From Trichomonas gallinae (lineage: Eukaryota), in the NCBI GenBank assembly GCA_008369845.1, contig MRSU01004998.1:1-51953 (forward strand): a stretch of 51,953 nucleotides of DNA, written 5' to 3'. The position numbers and the translations under genes were made by a program. Shown piece after piece: positions 50,901 to 51,953 of this stretch; the stretch's first letter is position 1, and every line of letters begins with the position of its first letter. The notes beneath the pieces were generated by a model that did no database searches, was not told the DNA's origin, and worked only from the letters and a program-made list of their open reading frames with translations.

Positions 50901-51716
50901 AATTTGGGTATCACGATTAAACAAATAGAGGTTCATGCCATCATAACATGAATATGACTCTATATATTTATCTTCTGTAAAGAATTTAACAATTCCATCG
51001 TTATATTCAAACAATATAATAAATCTTCCAACTTTTTCAATACCAATTGCTGATAATAATATGACTAATGCTTCATCAAAACTACAAGTTTGTCGAAGTT
51101 TCAATTGAAGGGTTTTTGATTCGGAATTTCCGTAATGGATATTAAAGAATACTCCTTCTAAATCATTTGAATTTAGGTTAAATGCTATCATATTTGAATC
51201 ATCGTTAGGATTGAAACTATCAAACATAAAATTATTATCGACGATACTAGAACTTAGATCATAATTATAAGGATCGAAAGAAGATACAGGATATGGATTT
51301 GAAAATAATTGATTATTGCTTGCATTTTGAAGCTCAATATTAGTAGAATTATTATTATTCAAAAGATCTTGATTATTATTTGTTGATTGAAATGAACTAG
51401 AATTAAAAGAATAATTTGTTATTGGTATGCTTGTCAAGTTGTTTGCATTCATGTCCTCTTTTGTATATATAATAAATTCGATATCTTGTTCAAGTGGGAA
51501 GTCATTTAATTTCATCCCATCATGTAACCATACATTAAAATTTAAGTGATTAGTAGCTAGAATTGTATACGTTTCCCGTGGATTGAGTTTTAGATATTTG
51601 GTTATCTGGTTATATATCTCCGTATATTCAGCATTTCTTCTCATTTTAAATTTAGAAGCTGATTTGTTTAACAGAGATGCTTTAATGAAAACGTTTTCTT
51701 CAGTCGAATTCTTCAT
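35937..51716 (-). CDS. Giant talin-like protein (5259 aa): five tandem FERM heads, helical rod, I/LWEQ-like C-terminus
   Basis: Uninterrupted 15.8-kb ORF. Five units of about 350-380 aa carry talin F1-type motifs, e.g. ITIKLVDGAEYKIVIDITKTVEEL...LDIRKSIPEQ...LEFRRRYYV. The C-terminus has TWSEKLAY, GGSEDRVIAS and SRLILESKVIK...LQKKFAELI. Confidence 0.85.
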   Translation of the reverse strand: MKNSTEENVFIKASLLNKSASKFKMRRNAEYTEIYNQITKYLKLNPRETYTILATNHLNFNVWLHDGMKLNDFPLEQDIEFIIYTKEDMNANNLTSIPITNYSFNSSSFQSTNNNQDLLNNNNSTNIELQNASNNQLFSNPYPVSSFDPYNYDLSSSIVDNNFMFDSFNPNDDSNMIAFNLNSNDLEGVFFNIHYGNSESKTLQLKLRQTCSFDEALVILLSAIGIEKVGRFIILFEYNDGIVKFFTEDKYIESYSCYDGMNLYLFNRDTQICFNKIDHPPILCQVDLLSNVADIVKQVGEEFDIPNYMSYTLSIPNSSEILQLNKTIIEQTRSLHQFVLVRNWFIFSILDLVDRKTCYDSFIATRNNVISQNLIINDEEATNIVMFSALIESKYNNEQLNNIRINDFLHKLPVSFTRAKEIENNVQQIIQMNETKTEFDLIKDALKYMKRLKKFSTKTYQAQISVFHSGQHHELPVVIEISPLSIKIYSNNAEILEESISYTTIIDIQNIGDNVELKFHANAKDIQYDISSTCGEEIRIEIEQNLFVLNEIISERSKYQSYLIANGIDGRNRVELHTCYESFKDEMSANKYSYNLDSTGALAINVAEINLGIPHKDENVALIHISGQLYKWMPKDKIIAVNRLQNEMGLCIMRKFQEITIKLVDGAEYKIVIDITKTVEELTPEVFHQIGQQTLFGYTFWANNFDLDIRKSIPEQVFDFSKLEFRRRYYVISYEVLKDNRQTKMTIYDCDPIIKSGKLKMNEETFIELLVLSSISKGLFQNLSKLTKNDLAKITPPLFNVNENLLNKLLQKGYNYPKLEQMAASKKFIKIIKQIDGFGYDDFDVKFFINLDDKSVKRNTIISIGPLYVKIYTDDQTTPFYKIHYRSIIEYQSMSKRVRIRFYNKKANKETEFEFVFKKVSKCQKVSAALYHNIFMTYMLLINKRNDDNKAKQEVYQKLRGGFKDEFGVIHDSMIDLYVTNDLSKVDNLQKVWFDLWANGFQIITQVQPVLNLSSEQEYCLMLQGPNRSFKKLDLNKPLTYFFPFRGSILAVIPHYSTFTIHYYSGDQHLVQHPLVDISKTVHQLVPQLADLFNVRYPVGFTLWVEIDGKWNPLDITRSTIEQVPSIFEFIFARRFVPENSSEVDAKCKAELYFQCRDTFHRGNGWEPSKDEMAKLAYFEGKSDFGADTIIKQNITKLLAPKFQSISLPFNINCNDPNTAKDKFIDIVRNIPGFSGGVFPIVNANNNAAALCFGPDFLKIISQNNTIIEHIPYARISRFNATLTEIAIYYINSDNKQSIIHGSSNLAQRAGNLIHSHKLVHQDVYDNKRIRAIEDYTLDSVNLYCHTIKVVCLYEKAFLQEKQINLSKIKTVDEMKQYLTMSFNCKLDEIKFIVQNRAGNFWIEEYDLFGYPYLMDDSILLISPAYRKYYIITDDNKEEIFYFHCKSKVQDIIPYVAWKFNINFWNGYTLFDITRSGVVPLDLTEQLLDQCPFSQKFLFKRRFLMITKSDAKSEFITNELYNSVKQNILEAGLRIPEKLALEFAVYSIIESKSVNIDFNKWQESLKSHISVEFAKNIEVRDKLKSLLKYASSIDQSTARKKLCSNARSLSEFGSSMYDCIYRDQKCTIYVGPFGIEIAPKIINNSKTESTKLSYSNIIFHCDLGQKVIIDTADQNGFITRTEFTSLDSLIINQLINQFFKALYPHYHMRKNVQDMENDESIQTNISQTLTTGIILNLSEWIGDPNPQQYQFNLNWSFETTLKMSLYYLSLPRNKIYQICYISADKSLTFLNYNCTLGSLAPNINGCLYIIPDNDLSIIFTEEGKTIEYPVSTRSSIISQIQLIANETYQGYSLGFTLYDMSYESPKPLDWLKILPTVASYWHQLLIKRRFYVFTNEMLGDIVTLKSSFFDCCQAIKSLVIEPDTIGKLATYFYYATGQTSAPKFTVKNIAAMLQIQNLPKQSDSSFESFFKQTKTLTQQDAMYLFVREASSINTIGYEKYQAKYKFNKFESNVKILLTKSEIIISDNKNELLNINFMQIDSYSFENHNTIKIGFFDNDSQIQTISIESAEYFDQISSYIVDIFDLFNFIKQTQQTIINGTGDEYNNDLPVNNQIEDIGLLDLDYIPNVDVDFGLDEGTNKYDKSLEIPEINKLDREILLANTALSMLSSTENIPKICAILDVLVPQIADKKRAKLIADALQKCKTIKPGKKIKNSDLDSAKLALNKFLNESNKVLSVNKEKASYVKLDPFSNHLRDLLVLGTKTAGKLICDIHTNAIDQLNIDPKIFTNNLLKSANNMLNMITKLNQSEKIISPLRQFNKTWNQIRAFISHAAVYPNSSMNDSVSEASHLDDIFKQLQVLFRKNASIEYYIYPGSSAALGEANSILSQALNILMKTKCSNPYKKALRNLNINELKKFIPILGKLDLCLFQTPKNGNDRFKALQLLKHAHRNLQLISDTLGNIEINKIQNTINYISAVNVCPDFISQIIDNSQEILKLFNGLDLCSNNSVVDLAKERNSLIEYNNQLSKLNTNLHDCPSNGSVVKMIQDLIIKMKNIACSVKSNIDLTDPQKIIFDNYEKSLNLVIGDIDIADPSDDIPHYGALIQVQLDIARVINRTFRIISQNNTSIDDNLTKSIRDIEQCYVDLISSRNLLNNHPFATPIIQIQKDKLYQSLEVLNIFKQSISNKIFDSIPKITDVAINSIDNALNSLSEAEKISFIIPPSQKTFDDLTASIDSIISDMRSIGKITEFVGNPKLLDQLKIGESSLLAAKSWISSPNTFKSQDYLNKLIDLLKRFSIIDESLTDSYSYSNHPLRTKLKSEIKKIEILTKAIEPSKEMLYESYSSLNQQFLALIKSQTKHKSSEINEILNSFPQIIANENDIKNMTDLQIAQNLSEYDFLCEQMHMINNPNIFSFINKVTATIQCFRKMSLAPPISFDTHPYVKFDKSPNIEENLLSLDKMIKSFSDLVQYIDSQVFNGDNKDAQDILTIINAVKSNNLVNFNDENAIKGSLINVKDCIPLLIKCSRNISNKIQNNEFTTVSRTICDNICNILDKLERPHMNSNNSRKFSQKFIPCMITIAKASTDFARSHQDSLNKLEQGSLDELIRTINNTISSFDQMLPGQRQNCCDDLYSKFSKIIPQFQFKAEYEPYLHELANVHRFLSDYTTLPNVTIRYSGTLTTRSPSIFNQQKLHELFNLSMQIIEQDNSTRTACDIIYSGLEAIDADQSLIPSYLRYGAKELIKFWNNFDPLSATATSRIFALVFPKSDEQRLKLEEYLIRIANVVIKKVMEIIPILKINDEILNMLQNCYSISSFSLVYPVMFQIMKSISTILKDKISDNSNEEVVTTAQKLLVIFEECNFGIYEYFFWYIAKFIQQFEELHQYINNNDPIISKLQEFQDTWFSILNNMKRMISFEMKTICNAANDLLRMKEDIMPEIFKSAEHIEPFQQLCKHLSAMDPVLRFLSGYDLDFNEVNAIKSIAILNHLRRNPSSSFEFAPVFALLGNIQSISKQYPNTNLNKKAKICNDMIKDLHNDFINDKQTLDNLIKAILELLNDCAPLNKDIVVQNSFTYQYNDTKMLTSKINSRSQAILQTSENIANEMNQFQSQVNEQNTDFSELRVPKQFIRTVEYLPLDQIHKSLTDAGVFAQQMIFHHSIELYHVFAVQRMKQTLAQHLNIFQSFSNHINISYEYINDALDRILKQVDSENQQNILSQLDSNQMQIQNLILIFISNQITASMLPKKDVENHFIKFQQSVFEKSIIILSNPQNHITSFTSIDIQKIIHKSVILSQLSVNIIALYQLLLCFTSIINERSEHNLFSIRKMIDYEISNISSHQILMNYLNEITEKDKCEQIRYLNSTIEFLVCNYDNIILDATIDASQASILNHILENSHINSVLISSENIHLLHKIVMNNILKIGLVQRLQNIKLSQRILCNVEISDVSDVSKSSLLSEIESIVTQLQFCENAEKLSRTIIQIDKYRLTNQQLILNSLISILLTTHFEMNNPKITYENLLIKYAHGILSTNPEILNRIESKNDLSVYTSATYMKISSYLFRRSNEIFFDFITLSSTLSDINQPTRNSLTIQEIASCIDTLSLIHQKIYGSSNNFETFISTINNSERLKLVSLLNYDLIQTKQIAENRGELLEIISQSDILDKICLYQLLPDLGIISHPPQSFKFLKKSDQIDKERISYNIKYIQNMLSTLEIQRYGIVPDLLKNVPIKTILSFVKIIEINKLQNSLKIQILFINNPNMLKHELSQFDQYNLLLQQFLISDLINILNYIDEKALMQCIKQNSSEIHIRNKIIDSIVDLQKRKLKENPQAALQIFKHSYIRAEQNRANYQQKYSRLHLSYKFRQILTFMKMQFPSNVVENSNLITNLRVLDIMKLQTSVIDLLFLIPDAEFIMRHFVNVNSVDITRISIIIQDIIDRLNDDIWINDELLASSKLSPNTLTKDRKEIVKTIEKFANDIKTKIVNDNDSNSLKDDVNKLFDKINMLITNDHIGFTKDINDIMTIMPRVVTQISGTNQFNNIDLNEMIIRSKNLIIFCTDNSKKCQYKQTLINLFESIKIVQSGLNNEKQTPKTLAMKLLSSLTKENYSDSSKFAIEIRLLQDPLLNKIVEPSEKSIIEAYTTQEFTDKSRSIIQECIQNLKKYISSDFISLFTLLKNLKASEDSKHIIIETLNPLHDNSMKLKLNIELNDEKSAIETLTDIVSLISRTIASVSAGIQLSKSNDINLYYDIAHCACNSSALLSIQLDKLSVLLSRPLLINRSLRTYPRVAQKMQEIIDLSAESISMNMASKLELVKLLFLPFQTIITAISCRCEYKVDQLYIKAIIGQFKQFNQQIADILDKSKQFSLSQVGDLCAVFKMATNAMSNTSHIPTTNNAISIFDKVSFALFEALIAIENYSESSIQETSINIPIFFDIPDAAKPDITLDDQLKKITKCYEDCLKVFKASINTNLVNMLCIHERKLIKLSLELALIFGDFPVISEIQTICVDIVLNINNLLKSFSSTNDINSIKHLTTKLYSKCKEGCAIYSNEAILRKKHSKRYTVAIKSIESAINELNTVFDSISQLKPGQTKTWSEKLAYISNMITRNVLIHIKKLKEYPSKEVDPNQIVNTCTSIVDSVKCSITAIQDLIAKNGGSEDRVIASMEQFLKLEDKTKSIKGTNLSSIISSSTSECKQIIQDAKFARDAKLAVKKKKDGHGKNLKSSKAGIEEDNLVSKDKIMSRLILESKVIKEHYSHEFLQKKFAELI

Positions 51717-51953
51717 ATTTTGAACTTTCTATACTCTACCGGAAACATAATCTCGTGTCTAATTATTGCATTTTTCAATGCATATTAAGATATACAATAT
51801 AATATCCAATCAAAATTCTAATGATTGCGTAGATATTTATTCAGAAAATTCATGATATAGAAAATTATTACATAAATATAAGGCTCGTGCCATGCCAGCC
51901 AATAGTATGGTGAAGGCCCTCGCCATAGAATAACCTTTGGCGGAAAAATTAAG

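Noticed and set aside
1..51953. CRISPR arrays, rRNA, Maverick/mariner transposase genes, canonical ACTAACACACAG introns
   Set aside because: None seen on reading; no integrase, transposase or polymerase motifs in the ORF set.

Overview
Gene-dense, almost intronless, AT-rich eukaryotic DNA that looks like a parabasalid (Trichomonas-like) genome. The evidence is an IBD (IBP39-type initiator-binding domain) gene, a DUF3447-ankyrin gene, TCACT-type initiator and other trichomonad promoter motifs, and very short intergenic gaps. The window holds about 18 protein genes: SMC4, an AAAP amino-acid transporter, an E2F-like factor, an adaptin-like protein, a CARMIL-like LRR protein, a USP, a pyrophosphatase, a CAMK kinase, a TBC-like protein, a TMEM131-like protein, several coiled-coil proteins and others. 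It also holds one tRNA-Leu(CAA) and a frameshifted pseudogene. Main findings: (1) a 5259-aa talin-like protein with five tandem talin-type FERM heads, a helical rod of about 2900 aa and a C-terminal I/LWEQ-like and dimerisation-like end; (2) a candidate 20-nt GT-AG micro-intron with no canonical branch site, whose removal restores an ankyrin repeat exactly; (3) apparent pseudo-enzymes (PPase, TBC Rab-GAP); (4) a tRNA gene wedged into the 189-bp divergent promoter of SMC4. All family assignments come from motif recognition by eye, not from database searches.
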